Assembly (NCBI GenBank): GCA_022009775.1
Contig: CP091723.1
Span: forward strand, 1,029,121-1,093,120
Direction: 5' to 3'
Length of the DNA: 64,000 nt
Source: Christensenella sp.
GTDB taxonomy: Bacteria > Bacillota > Clostridia > Christensenellales > CAG-917
Shown: piece by piece, positions 11,954 to 21,660 of the stretch
Position numbering within the stretch: position 1 is the first letter of the stretch
Layout: each line of letters opens with the position of its first letter
The notes under the pieces: generated by a model
Databases searched by the model: none
Seen by the model: only the letters and a program-made list of their open reading frames with translations
What the model was told of the DNA's origin: nothing
Made by a program: the position numbers and the translations under genes

Positions 11954-14176
11954 ATGCAACTGCAAGGCGAAATAAAAGACGTCATATTTGTAAGTCAGGA
12001 TACGGGATACACTGTTCTCGATATGAGATGCGAAGACAGTGTTTTCACCGTTGTCGGCATTTTTCCGCCCGTAAGCGAAGGACAGAATATAAGAGTCGAA
12101 GGTAAGTTTCAGGTGCGAACGATGTACGGCAAGCAATTCTTTGCCGAAAAAGTGTGGGTGTCGCAACCAAACAGACTTGACGGCATAAAGAAATTTCTTG
12201 CAAGCGGTCTTATCAGTGGTTTAGGACCTGCAAAGGCAGACGCAATTGTCAATATGTTCGGCGTGGATTCGCTCGAAGCGATGAAACACCCCATGGAACT
12301 TGCAAAAGTGCGCGGAATCTCTCTAAAACTCGCCACCGAGTTTGGAATGAACTACGTCAAAATCCAAAAGATGCAAGACGCGATTATGTTCTTGCAAAAT
12401 CTCGGCATAACCATAAATATGGCTCTTCGCATATACAAAGTATACGACGTAAAAACTGAAGACAACGTGCGCAAAAATCCGTATATGTTGGTTGACGACG
12501 TTGACGGAATAGGCTTTGCCACGGCAGACAGAATTGCGGGAGAGTTGGGTATAGAAAAGAACAGCGATTATAGAATATGCGCTGCCATAACCTATCTTCT
12601 CAAAGACGCCGCAAACAAAGCGGGACACAACTATTTGCCCGAAAACGAACTTGTAAGTAATGCAATCGCACTATTAAGTATCGATTGCGACGATATAGAA
12701 CAAAGAGTGCGCGACAATTTGCAAGATATGGTGTTGCTCGGAGACCTGGTGAGATACGACACGGGGGAGCATGTCGCGATACTTTTGAAGAAGAATTTCA
12801 ACACGGAAAAGAACATCGCACGCAAGCTTTTGCAACTGCAACAGGAAGCGGCGGATTTCAGAGTGGACGTAGCGCACGAAGTCGCAAGATTTGAAAAAAA
12901 CGCGGGATTTGAATTGCATCCGAATCAGGTTGCCGCAGTCAAAGAAGCCATCGAAAACGGCGTGCAGATAGTCACGGGCGGTCCGGGTACGGGCAAGACG
13001 ACAATCGTCAAGTGTATATTGCAACTTTTCAAAGACCTTGGACAAAAGGTCGCGCTTTGTGCTCCGACGGGACGCGCGGCAAAGAGATTGTCACAGGCAA
13101 CGGGAGAAGACGCAAAGACGATACACCGCATGCTCGATTTGGACTACAAAAACGGCGAAGGACATTTCACTTACAACGAGAACACGAGATTGCCTTTTGA
13201 CGTAATAATCGTCGACGAAGTCAGTATGGTGGACGAATACGTGTTCAATGCGCTCATAAACGCTATGGAGCGCGGATCGAGACTTGTGCTTGTCGGAGAC
13301 AAGGACCAACTTGCGTCCGTCGGCGTCGGCAACGTTCTGAACGATTTGATTAAGTGCGGAAAGTTTAACGTGAGTTATCTCACGCAGATTTACCGCCAGA
13401 GCGAAAAGAGCAAAATCGTGCCCAACGCGCACAAAATCAACGACGGTATTATGCCCGATATGGACAACAAGAGCGACGATTTCTTCTTTGAAGAGAAAAA
13501 CAGCAGTGAAGAAATTTGTCAAAACACCATTGCGCTCGTCACTAAGAGACTTCCTAAGTATCTGAATATGAAGCCGAGCGACATTCAGGTGCTTTGTCCC
13601 ATGAAGCGCGGAAGCGCAGGCACGATAAATCTCAACAACGAGTTGCAGGCGGTCATCAATCCGCCGTCGCCGATGAAGAAAGAAGTCAAACGCGGAGATT
13701 GCATATTCCGCGAAGGCGACAAAGTCATGCAACTTCAAAACAATTATCAGCAAGAATGGACGGTCACAAGCGGTACGCGTATCGAACGCGGAAGCGGCGT
13801 TTTCAACGGCGATATAGGCGTTGTTGAAAGTATAAACACGCAAATTATGCAGTTTACCGTGCGTTTTGATGATGATAAAGTGTCGATTTACGAATATAGC
13901 GATATAGACCAACTCACGCTTGCATATGCCGTGACCATACATAAATCGCAGGGGTGCGAGTTTGATGCGGTGGTTATCGCGCTCGACGCAAACTATATGT
14001 TGCAGACGAGAAACTTGCTTTATACCGCCGTTACGAGAGCGAAAAAAATAGTCGTGATAAGCGGTGCGAAAAAGACGGTTCAGCGTATGATACAAAACAA
14101 CGAGACGGCAAGAAGATATTCTTTGCTTCTCGAACTCATTCAAAAAGAATGGGAAGGCGGCGCATATGAGTGGTGA
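11954..14176 (+). CDS. recD2: RecD2-like ATP-dependent DNA helicase (RecD/TraA family)
   Basis: Walker A GGPGTGKTT, LCAPTGRAAKRL, DEVSMVD, C-terminal SH3-like/UvrD-C region. 740 aa. Confidence 0.85.
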   Translation: MQLQGEIKDVIFVSQDTGYTVLDMRCEDSVFTVVGIFPPVSEGQNIRVEGKFQVRTMYGKQFFAEKVWVSQPNRLDGIKKFLASGLISGLGPAKADAIVNMFGVDSLEAMKHPMELAKVRGISLKLATEFGMNYVKIQKMQDAIMFLQNLGITINMALRIYKVYDVKTEDNVRKNPYMLVDDVDGIGFATADRIAGELGIEKNSDYRICAAITYLLKDAANKAGHNYLPENELVSNAIALLSIDCDDIEQRVRDNLQDMVLLGDLVRYDTGEHVAILLKKNFNTEKNIARKLLQLQQEAADFRVDVAHEVARFEKNAGFELHPNQVAAVKEAIENGVQIVTGGPGTGKTTIVKCILQLFKDLGQKVALCAPTGRAAKRLSQATGEDAKTIHRMLDLDYKNGEGHFTYNENTRLPFDVIIVDEVSMVDEYVFNALINAMERGSRLVLVGDKDQLASVGVGNVLNDLIKCGKFNVSYLTQIYRQSEKSKIVPNAHKINDGIMPDMDNKSDDFFFEEKNSSEEICQNTIALVTKRLPKYLNMKPSDIQVLCPMKRGSAGTINLNNELQAVINPPSPMKKEVKRGDCIFREGDKVMQLQNNYQQEWTVTSGTRIERGSGVFNGDIGVVESINTQIMQFTVRFDDDKVSIYEYSDIDQLTLAYAVTIHKSQGCEFDAVVIALDANYMLQTRNLLYTAVTRAKKIVVISGAKKTVQRMIQNNETARRYSLLLELIQKEWEGGAYEW

Positions 14177-15017
14177 CGATAAACGCGTCGAAAACGTCGA
14201 AGCGCAGGACAGGAAACAACTTCACAGACAAAGAAAAGCCGCAAGAAGCGAAAAGGCAAAAGTCTTGTTGAAGAAGTTGATAAACGCTTTCAAAAACGCA
14301 TTGTACCCCGTGGATTGCACTTGCGACGTTTGCGGAGAAGAACTCGTCGCAGACACGAGATATCGTCTTTGCTCCGAATGCGTGGAGAAGTTGCCGTTTG
14401 TGGGCGAACACAGGTGTTTGTCTTGCGGTATGCCGCTCAAAGACGAGTCGGACTATTGCAATCGTTGTCAGTACGAGAAATTCGCATTCGTGAAAAATCG
14501 CTCGCCGCTTACGTACGACGGCGAAACGAAGAAATTGATATATTCTCTCAAATTCGGCAAGAAGAAATATATTGCCGAAACGCTCGGCGCGCTTATGGCG
14601 GACGAGTTTTTGAAAAGCGGAATGCAAGCGGACATAATCGTTTTCGTGCCGATGACGGAAAAGGAAGAAAAGAAGCGCGGCTTCAATCAATCCGAACTGC
14701 TTGCTTACGAAGTTGGAGGAAGATTGAACGTTCCCGTTTTGCCCGCACTCGTGAAGATAAAAGATACGTCGGCGCAAAAGGAATTGCACGGAAAAGAAAG
14801 AGCAAAGAACCTTGAAGGTGCGTTTGCTTGTGCGTTCGAGCAGGTGAAAGGCAGAAGATTGCTTATAGTGGACGATATTTTCACCACAGGAGCAACCGCA
14901 AACGAATGCGCCAAAGTTTTGCTGAAAGCGGGCGCAAGAGAAGTGAACGTGCTGACAGGCGCGGTTACCACACTGAAAATTCCTATGGAAGAAGGAAAAA
15001 GAGTTTCAGCCAACTAA
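14166..15017 (+). CDS. comF: ComF family protein (phosphoribosyltransferase-domain competence protein)
   Basis: N-terminal CxxC…CxxC zinc ribbon (CDVCGEEL…CSECVEK), C-terminal PRTase-type motif LLIVDDIFTTGAT. Confidence 0.75.
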   Translation: MSGDDKRVENVEAQDRKQLHRQRKAARSEKAKVLLKKLINAFKNALYPVDCTCDVCGEELVADTRYRLCSECVEKLPFVGEHRCLSCGMPLKDESDYCNRCQYEKFAFVKNRSPLTYDGETKKLIYSLKFGKKKYIAETLGALMADEFLKSGMQADIIVFVPMTEKEEKKRGFNQSELLAYEVGGRLNVPVLPALVKIKDTSAQKELHGKERAKNLEGAFACAFEQVKGRRLLIVDDIFTTGATANECAKVLLKAGAREVNVLTGAVTTLKIPMEEGKRVSAN

Positions 15018-15118
15018 ACTTTGTTGAAATATACACCGATATAGTGTATAATAGAAAATCGAAAATAATCGTGCGCATACGCGCATGCGCCGGAAGGCGA
15101 AATATAGAAAGGTGAAAT

Positions 15119-17785
15119 ATGTCGCTTTTTAATGAAAACAAATTCAAACTTAAGAAAATCGAAAAGATTGCGGCTAAGGTCGAAGCACTTGCCCCGACTT
15201 ATTCCGCTATGGACGACGACACTCTCGTTGCGCAAACCGCAGTGCTTAAAGACAGACTTGCAAACGGCGAAGATCTCGATCATATTCTTCCCGACGCATA
15301 CGCACTCGTGAGAGAAGCGGCGGAAAGAGTGCTCGGGATGCGCCATTTCCACGTGCAGATACTCGGCGGCATTGCGTTGCATCAGGGCCGTATCGCAGAG
15401 ATGGGCACAGGTGAAGGAAAGACGCTCGTTGCAACGCTTCCCGCGTATCTCAACGCACTCGCAGGCAAAGGCGTTCACGTCGTGACTGTCAACGATTATC
15501 TTGCGACTCGTGACGCCGCTTGGATGGGCAAGCTCTACAAGTTTTTGGGGCTCACTGTCGGCGTGGTCGTGCCCGGTATGAGTGCGGAAGATAAACGCAA
15601 GGCATACGAGAGCGATATAACGTATTGCACAAACAACGAACTCGGGTTCGATTTCCTTCGCGACAACATGGTCGTGAGAAAGCAGGACAAGGTGCAACGC
15701 GAACTCAATTTTGCAATCATCGACGAAGTGGACTCCATTCTTATCGACGAAGCGCGTACGCCGCTCATCATTTCGGGCAGGGGCGGAAAGTCGAGCGAAC
15801 TTTATAAGAGCGCGGACAATTTTGCACGTCAATGCAAAGAAGGAGACGATTTCACAATCGACGAAAAAGAAAAGTCGATCATGCTCACCGATCAGGGCGT
15901 CGCAAAAGCGGAAAGATTCTTCCATGTCGTCAATCTTACCGACCTTGAAAACACCGACCTTTATCATCACATTCAGGCGGCTCTCAAAGCGCATTTCATG
16001 ATGAAGCGCGACAAGGACTATATCGTCAGCGACGGAGAAGTGCTTATCGTCGACGAGTTCACGGGACGTATCATGATAGGACGTCGCTACAACGAAGGCT
16101 TGCATCAGGCAATCGAAGCGAAAGAACACGTTGCCATAAGAAGCGAAAACAAGACGCTTGCGACGATTACTTTCCAGAACTTCTTCCGTATGTACAAGAA
16201 ACTCTCGGGTATGACGGGTACGGCAAAGACCGAAGAAGACGAATTTGAAGGCATATATCGTCTCGACGTCGTCACGATTCCGCCGAACAAACCGTCGAGA
16301 AGAGTGGACGAACACGACCAGATTTATACCAAAGTCAGCGGAAAAATCACCGCAATCGTGCAGGATATAATTGACCATCACGCAACGGGACAACCTATTC
16401 TTGTGGGCACGATAAGCGTTGAAAAGAGTGAAGAACTCAGCAATATTCTCAAAAGAAAAGGCATTCCGCACAACGTTCTCAATGCGAAATTTCACAAACA
16501 GGAATCCGAAATCATCGCACAAGCAGGCAGACTCAACGCCGTGACTATCGCAACGAACATGGCAGGTCGCGGAACGGATATTATGTTGGGCGGCAATGCG
16601 GAATTTCAGGCAAAGCAAAAGATGGAAAAGGACGGCTATCCGCTCGAAGTCATCGAACTTGCTTCTTCTCCGCACGCAAGCAACGATCCCGAAATCATCG
16701 CCGCAAAAGAAGTGTACAAACACCATTACGACGCGTTCAAGGCAATTTGCGATCAAGAAAAAGAAAAGGTCGTCGCACTCGGCGGCTTGAGAATAATCGG
16801 CACGGAGCGTCACGAAAGCCGTCGTATCGACAACCAGTTGCGTGGCCGTAGCGGTCGTCAGGGCGATCCGGGCAGCACGGTGTTCTATATCTCAATGGAA
16901 GACGACATCGCGCGTATTTTCGGCGGCGACAGAATGAAAGCCATTGCCGAAACGATGAATCTCGGAGACGACGTTCCTATCTCCAACGGCATAATCACAA
17001 AGCAAATCGAAAAGGCTCAAAGACTTGTCGAAGGCAGAAACTATTCGATAAGAAAACAGGTTTTGAGTTATGACGACGTGATGAACGCACAGCGCGAACT
17101 TATCTACAAAGAACGCGGCAAAGTGCTTGACGGCATGGACGTTCACGAGCAAATTATGGACATGATAGACGACCTTGCAGAAGAAATCATCGGCTACTAT
17201 GCCGACTACAAGACGGACTATCAGACGTGGGATTATCAGGCGTTCAACACTGCGCTCGAGAAGAAAATGCTTCCGCAAGGCACAAATCTTATGACGCCGG
17301 AACTTTGCTCTTGCTACGACGTGTACAAACTCAAAGAAGCGGTGCTCAAGATCGCGAACAAGGACTACAACGACAAGGTGGACGCTCTCGAAAAGGAAGG
17401 CTTTGACTTCAAAGAACTCGAAAGAGTGGTGCTTCTCAAGACCGTCGATTCCAAGTGGATGGACCATATCGACGCAATGGACGCACTCCGTCGCGGTATC
17501 GGACTTCGCGGATACGGACAAAGAGACCCCGTCATTGCGTATCGCCAGGAAGGATGGGATATGTTTGAAGACATGGTGTCGAGAATACACTCCGAGACGG
17601 CGTCCATACTTTTAAAAATTCACGTCGAAAAGAGAGAAGACGGCGGCAAAGCCGAAGTGAGACAAAACATCGCAACCGCGCAAAAGAGCGTTGCTCAAAA
17701 CAAAAAGGTGGGTAGAAACGACCCGTGTCCGTGCGGTAGCGGTCTCAAATATAAGAATTGCTGCGGAAAGAATCAACAAGCATAA
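15119..17785 (+). CDS. secA: preprotein translocase ATPase SecA
   Basis: 888 aa, MGTGEGKTLVATL Walker A, DEVDSILIDEARTPLIISG, C-terminal Zn-binding CPCGSGLKYKNCCG. Confidence 0.95.
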   Translation: MSLFNENKFKLKKIEKIAAKVEALAPTYSAMDDDTLVAQTAVLKDRLANGEDLDHILPDAYALVREAAERVLGMRHFHVQILGGIALHQGRIAEMGTGEGKTLVATLPAYLNALAGKGVHVVTVNDYLATRDAAWMGKLYKFLGLTVGVVVPGMSAEDKRKAYESDITYCTNNELGFDFLRDNMVVRKQDKVQRELNFAIIDEVDSILIDEARTPLIISGRGGKSSELYKSADNFARQCKEGDDFTIDEKEKSIMLTDQGVAKAERFFHVVNLTDLENTDLYHHIQAALKAHFMMKRDKDYIVSDGEVLIVDEFTGRIMIGRRYNEGLHQAIEAKEHVAIRSENKTLATITFQNFFRMYKKLSGMTGTAKTEEDEFEGIYRLDVVTIPPNKPSRRVDEHDQIYTKVSGKITAIVQDIIDHHATGQPILVGTISVEKSEELSNILKRKGIPHNVLNAKFHKQESEIIAQAGRLNAVTIATNMAGRGTDIMLGGNAEFQAKQKMEKDGYPLEVIELASSPHASNDPEIIAAKEVYKHHYDAFKAICDQEKEKVVALGGLRIIGTERHESRRIDNQLRGRSGRQGDPGSTVFYISMEDDIARIFGGDRMKAIAETMNLGDDVPISNGIITKQIEKAQRLVEGRNYSIRKQVLSYDDVMNAQRELIYKERGKVLDGMDVHEQIMDMIDDLAEEIIGYYADYKTDYQTWDYQAFNTALEKKMLPQGTNLMTPELCSCYDVYKLKEAVLKIANKDYNDKVDALEKEGFDFKELERVVLLKTVDSKWMDHIDAMDALRRGIGLRGYGQRDPVIAYRQEGWDMFEDMVSRIHSETASILLKIHVEKREDGGKAEVRQNIATAQKSVAQNKKVGRNDPCPCGSGLKYKNCCGKNQQA

Positions 17786-17864
17786 TCGATAGTTTATCAT
17801 ATCGAAACTTAAAGATAAAACCGCAGTATTGCAAACAAAACGGAATAACGGCAGGCAGGAATAT

Positions 17865-18974
17865 ATGTTAGATTACAACGAACCGAGAAACCAACTTAAA
17901 GAGATGCGCACGGAGATGGTGCGTGCCTACGAATCCATAAATCCCGAGAAAATGAGAGCAAGAATCGCCGAACTCGAGAAAGAACAAAACGCCGAAGGAT
18001 TTTGGAACGATACCGACAACGCAAAGAAAGTGAGTCAGGAGATAAGCCAACTTCAAGGCAAAATCGACAAGTTTGAAAAGATGATTGCACGCATCGACGA
18101 TGCAATCGACACCGTTGATATCATAGAACTCGAAGGCGACGAAAGCGAAGACGAGAAACTTCTCACGACCGTTCACGATTTGGGCGAAGCGGTGGAGAGC
18201 CTTTCGCTTGCAACGCTTCTCAGCGGAAAATACGATGCACTCAACGCAATTCTTACACTCCACGCAGGCGCAGGCGGAACGGAAGCACAAGACTGGTGCT
18301 CCATGCTTTATAGAATGTACACGCGTTATTGCGAACGTACGGGGTGGACTTGCACGGAACTCGATTATCTCGCAGGCGACGAAGCGGGGATTAAGTCGGT
18401 CACTTTCAGAGTGGAAGGCGACAACGCATACGGATATCTCAAGGCGGAAAAGGGCGTTCACAGACTCGTCCGCATTTCTCCGTTCGATGCAAACGCAAGA
18501 AGACATACGTCTTTTGCGTCCCTTGAAGTCATGCCTGAAATCATTGATACGGCGGAAATCGAAATTCGCCCCGAAGATCTTAAAGTCGACACATATCGCT
18601 CGTCGGGCGCCGGAGGACAACACGTCAATAAAACAGAAAGCGCAATCCGTATAACACACATTCCTACGGGAATCATCGTTGCGTGCCAGAACGAAAGAAG
18701 CCAGATTCAGAACCGTGAAGTCGCAATGCAAATGCTCCGCTCGAAACTCATCGAAAAGCGTGAGCGCGAGCGTGAAGAAGAAGCCGCGCAAATCAGCGGT
18801 CAACTCAAAAAAATCGAGTGGGGAAGCCAAATTCGCTCCTACGTGTTCTGTCCCTACACCATGGTCAAAGACCACCGCACAAACTACGAGACGGGCAACG
18901 TGCAAGCAGTTATGGACGGAGATCTTGACGGATTCATCAACGAATATCTCAAACTTTCGTCAATTCAAAAGTAA
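17865..18974 (+). CDS. prfB: peptide chain release factor 2 (no programmed +1 frameshift)
   Basis: GGQHVN motif, SPF-containing RF2 domain. Single continuous frame. ATG at 17865 preferred over the TTG at 17829 used in the ORF track. Confidence 0.9.
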   Translation: MLDYNEPRNQLKEMRTEMVRAYESINPEKMRARIAELEKEQNAEGFWNDTDNAKKVSQEISQLQGKIDKFEKMIARIDDAIDTVDIIELEGDESEDEKLLTTVHDLGEAVESLSLATLLSGKYDALNAILTLHAGAGGTEAQDWCSMLYRMYTRYCERTGWTCTELDYLAGDEAGIKSVTFRVEGDNAYGYLKAEKGVHRLVRISPFDANARRHTSFASLEVMPEIIDTAEIEIRPEDLKVDTYRSSGAGGQHVNKTESAIRITHIPTGIIVACQNERSQIQNREVAMQMLRSKLIEKREREREEEAAQISGQLKKIEWGSQIRSYVFCPYTMVKDHRTNYETGNVQAVMDGDLDGFINEYLKLSSIQK

Positions 18975-18986
18975 AACATAATAAGC

Positions 18987-20024
18987 GTGATTGCTATGAA
19001 TAGTTTGCAAAACAAAGAAAATCTTACGGTGCTTGCCATCGAGTCGAGTTGCGACGAGACCGCTTGCGCAATCGTGAGAAACGGCAGAGAAGTCGTGTCC
19101 AACGTCGTTGCGACGCAGATTGAAATCCACAGAAGATTTGGTGGAGTCGTACCCGAAATCGCAAGCAGAAACCATACGCTTGCAATAGAGAACGTCGTCA
19201 AAGAAGCACTTCTTTCCGCAAATATGACAAAGGACGATATCGACGCCGTTGCCGTCACGTACGGAGCGGGGTTGCTCGGCGCATTGCTCGTGGGAGTGAA
19301 CTTTGCGAAAGCACTCGCTTATGCGTGGAAAAAGCCGTTGTTTGCCGTCTCCCACGTCAAAGGACATATCGCCGCAAACTATATCGATTCGACGCTTGAA
19401 CCGCCGTACCTTTGCTTGCTCGCAAGTGGCGGACATACCGCAATTGTAAAGGTGCTAGATTACGAACATCTTGAACTTATCGCGCAGAGCAGAGACGACG
19501 CATGCGGAGAAGCGTTCGACAAGGTTGCAAGGGTTTTGGGATTGCCGTATCCCGGAGGACCTGAAATTCAGAAACTCGCAAGAGAAGGCAAAGCCGTTTA
19601 CGATATGCCTAAACCGCATTTTTCGGATAGGGACGAATTGTATTTCAGTTACAGCGGTTTGAAAACCTACGTCATCAATCTCGTGCACAATCTCGAACAG
19701 AAAGGGCAGGAGATTCCCAAGGCGGACGTTGCTGCAAGTTTTCAAAAATCTGCCACGGCGCAACTCGTGGATACGCTCAAAATCGCTATAGAGCGCACGG
19801 GAATCAATAAGATTGCAGTTGCCGGCGGCGTCAGCGCAAACGAAGAATTGCGCGCGCGTTTCGACGACCTTGCAAAACACGGGGCGGAAGTGCATTATCC
19901 GAAACTCAAGTATTGCACGGACAATGCGGCTATGATAGGCGCGGCGGCGTGTTTTATGATAAAAAGCGGCATGCAAGAGAGCGATTTGTCTCTCGACGCA
20001 AAAGCAACCGTGCCGCTAAAATAG
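18987..20024 (+). CDS. tsaD: tRNA N6-adenosine threonylcarbamoyltransferase
   Basis: LAIESSCDETACAIV, Kae1/TsaD family signature; 345 aa. Confidence 0.9.
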   Translation: MIAMNSLQNKENLTVLAIESSCDETACAIVRNGREVVSNVVATQIEIHRRFGGVVPEIASRNHTLAIENVVKEALLSANMTKDDIDAVAVTYGAGLLGALLVGVNFAKALAYAWKKPLFAVSHVKGHIAANYIDSTLEPPYLCLLASGGHTAIVKVLDYEHLELIAQSRDDACGEAFDKVARVLGLPYPGGPEIQKLAREGKAVYDMPKPHFSDRDELYFSYSGLKTYVINLVHNLEQKGQEIPKADVAASFQKSATAQLVDTLKIAIERTGINKIAVAGGVSANEELRARFDDLAKHGAEVHYPKLKYCTDNAAMIGAAACFMIKSGMQESDLSLDAKATVPLK

Positions 20025-20149
20025 CGTGAGTAATCGCAAAAAGTGGCTCGAAATTAAAAATATTGCTAAAATTTCGTTGCCAAAATCGCATAATGTGATA
20101 TAATAACCAAGCAAGCGAAAATTAGAGGCTGAAAGGCCGCGAAATTCGT

Positions 20150-20225
20150 GGGGATATGGCTCAGTTGGTAGAGCGTCGCGTTCGCAATGCGAAGGTCAGG
20201 GGTTCGAATCCCCTTATCTCCACCA
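20150..20225 (+). tRNA. tRNA-Ala (anticodon CGC)
   Basis: 76-nt cloverleaf: acceptor GGGGATA/TATCTCC with G3:U70, D-arm GCTC-AGTTGGTA-GAGC, anticodon loop TTCGCAA, T-arm AGGGG-TTCGAAT-CCCCT, encoded CCA. Confidence 0.9.
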
Positions 20226-20260
20226 CAAAAATATCGTACAAATGTACGATATTTTTTTTA
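20226..20260. terminator. hairpin terminator after tRNA-Ala
   Basis: aaaaatatcgtacaaatgtacgatattttttttt: ~13-bp stem plus T-run. Confidence 0.5.
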
Positions 20261-20261
20261 T

Positions 20262-20537
20262 GTGGGATAGGGGATTCTCCACGATTTCATCGTGGTGTTG
20301 CTTTGCAACATGAACCCCTGCGGGCTGATAACAAACGAAGAGAGACGCAAGCGCGTAGCATTTGCGGACATCGAGTGCAGTCTCATAGCCAACAAATCAG
20401 ACACGAAGTGTCCGCGAAAGGCGCAGTGCAACGCACGATTTGTTGAGTGTAGACGCTCAGAGAAGTGAACAAGTTCACTCTCTTCGCTATTACGGAAGCG
20501 TCCAGGTCGCTTCCTACGAATCCCCTTATCTCCACCA
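20262..20537 (+). ncRNA. unclassified structured-RNA-like element, copy 1 (tRNA-acceptor-like closing helix plus ACCA tail)
   Basis: 213-bp core 20312-20524 is 98.6% identical to 30907-31119. The 5' GGGATAGGGGATT (20264-20276) pairs with AATCCCC-t-TATC-t-CC (20519-20533), followed by ACCA. Internal hairpins; terminator follows. Confidence 0.5.
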
Positions 20538-20540
20538 GTC

Positions 20541-20580
20541 AGAATACAAGTTGAACCCCTCAACTTGTATTCTTTTTTAT
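20541..20580 (+). terminator. rho-independent terminator following element copy 1
   Basis: agaatacaagttg / caacttgtattct 13-bp stem, loop aacccct, then tttttat. Confidence 0.6.
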
Positions 20581-20686
20581 GCTTTTTGGGAAAATTAAAG
20601 TTTCACGATGCAATAAAAAGGCTCGTTGACAAATATGCCTGTAATTTTGTCGTAACAAGAAATAGTCGTTGAATTTGAGTATAATA

Positions 20687-20712
20687 AAAGCCCTGACAAT
20701 CGTCAGGACTCT
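20687..20712 (-). terminator. terminator for araC-type regulator (minus strand)
   Basis: rc reads agtcctgac-gatt-gtcagggct followed by tttatta. Confidence 0.4.
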
Positions 20713-20794
20713 TTGTTATCGGGCTTGTAAATCGTATCTCGATTCTGTCATTATATAGTATTATTTGATCAACCAAATAGTTTATTATAAGGTT

Positions 20795-21660
20795 TTAGAT
20801 GGCTTTCATAAGGTGGAAATATTGCTTTGGAGTCAGGTCAAATTCCTTTTTGAAGGCGCGGAAAAAGTGGGTGTAGTCAGAGAATCCACAGCGCACGTAA
20901 ACGTCAGTTATGGACAGACCTTGCTCAATCAATTCCTTGGACATAAGCAGGCGTTTTTTCAGGATATAACTGTGGGGTGAAACGCCGGTTTCTTCCTTGA
21001 AAAGGTGGGCAAAATAATACTTGTTGGTATACAGTGCGTTTGATATGTCGTCAAGGGTGATTGGCTCGGTTAGATGCTCGGAAATATACTCGATTGCACG
21101 GGATATAATCTCGGATTGTTCCGCCTGTTTTGCTTGCCTGTTTTTAAGATAATGAGCACCTAAAAGGGTGAGGGCGGTGATGACGTGATTTTCTGCAGTC
21201 AAGTCCGCGCCAAAAGAGTTGGAGTTTTCATTTTCGATGACTGCAATAAGCTCGGTCACAAGTTTGTCAGAAAGAGCGGAGTTTCTCACAAGATAAGCAC
21301 CCTTTTCCTTTGCCTTTTGAAAGCAGGTGGCAAGGTCGGTTGAGGGGGGAGGAAAGACGCTTGACGTAGGCAGGATTTATCCACAGCACGATGCGGTCAT
21401 AGGACTTGCTTCCGTCCTTGACGTTGGGTTGGTGCAGATAGTTTGGGGGGGATGAGCAAAACGTCCCCCGCTTGCAAACGATATAGGCCGTCCTCAACGA
21501 TATAATCAACTGCCCCCCCGATGAAGCAGTATACCTCATAAAAATCGTGGGAGTGCATCTCAACGGTTTTGAAATACTTATCACGGTAAAGATTTACTTC
21601 GAAATCTTTCTTTGACATAAGCTGTGAAGATTGCCATTTTGTGGTGATATTTTCTCTCAT
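20795..21660 (-). CDS. AraC-family transcriptional regulator (cupin N-domain plus HTH), interrupted by at least 2 frameshifts at G7/C7 homopolymers
   Basis: Three ORF fragments in different frames: 21660-21397 cupin-like (HSHDFYEVY…AGDVLLIPP), 21584-21267 continuation (NYLHQPN…), 21289-20795 C-terminal AraC HTH (…YTHFFRAFKKEFDLTPKQY). Frame breaks coincide with G7 21344-21350, G7 21445-21451, C7 21513-21519. Confidence 0.7.

Noticed and set aside
17829-17864. TTG start at 17829 for prfB (ORF-track 381 aa)
   Set aside because: ATG at 17865 gives a typical 369-aa RF2 with a purine-rich RBS; the upstream extension (MQTKRNNGRQEY) is not RF2-like.
20312-20524. Protein-coding potential of the conserved core (ORF-track frames …EPLRADNKRRETQARSICGHRVQSHSQQIRHEVSAKGAVQRTIC and …GLITNEERRKRVAFADIECSLIANKSDTKC…)
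   Set aside because: No conserved start codon: in copy 1 the frame only opens inside the tRNA gene. Basic low-complexity composition. The ends show RNA-type compensatory changes, which explains the conservation better.
20262-20537. tmRNA (ssrA) identity for the RNA-like element (GGG start, tRNA-Ala-like 3' end with ACCA, adjacent to tRNA-Ala)
   Set aside because: No tag-peptide reading frame ending in a hydrophobic C-terminus plus stop. No canonical T-arm (loop TCCAGGT; the GAATCCCC segment pairs with the 5' end instead). Length only ~280 nt, and two copies are present.
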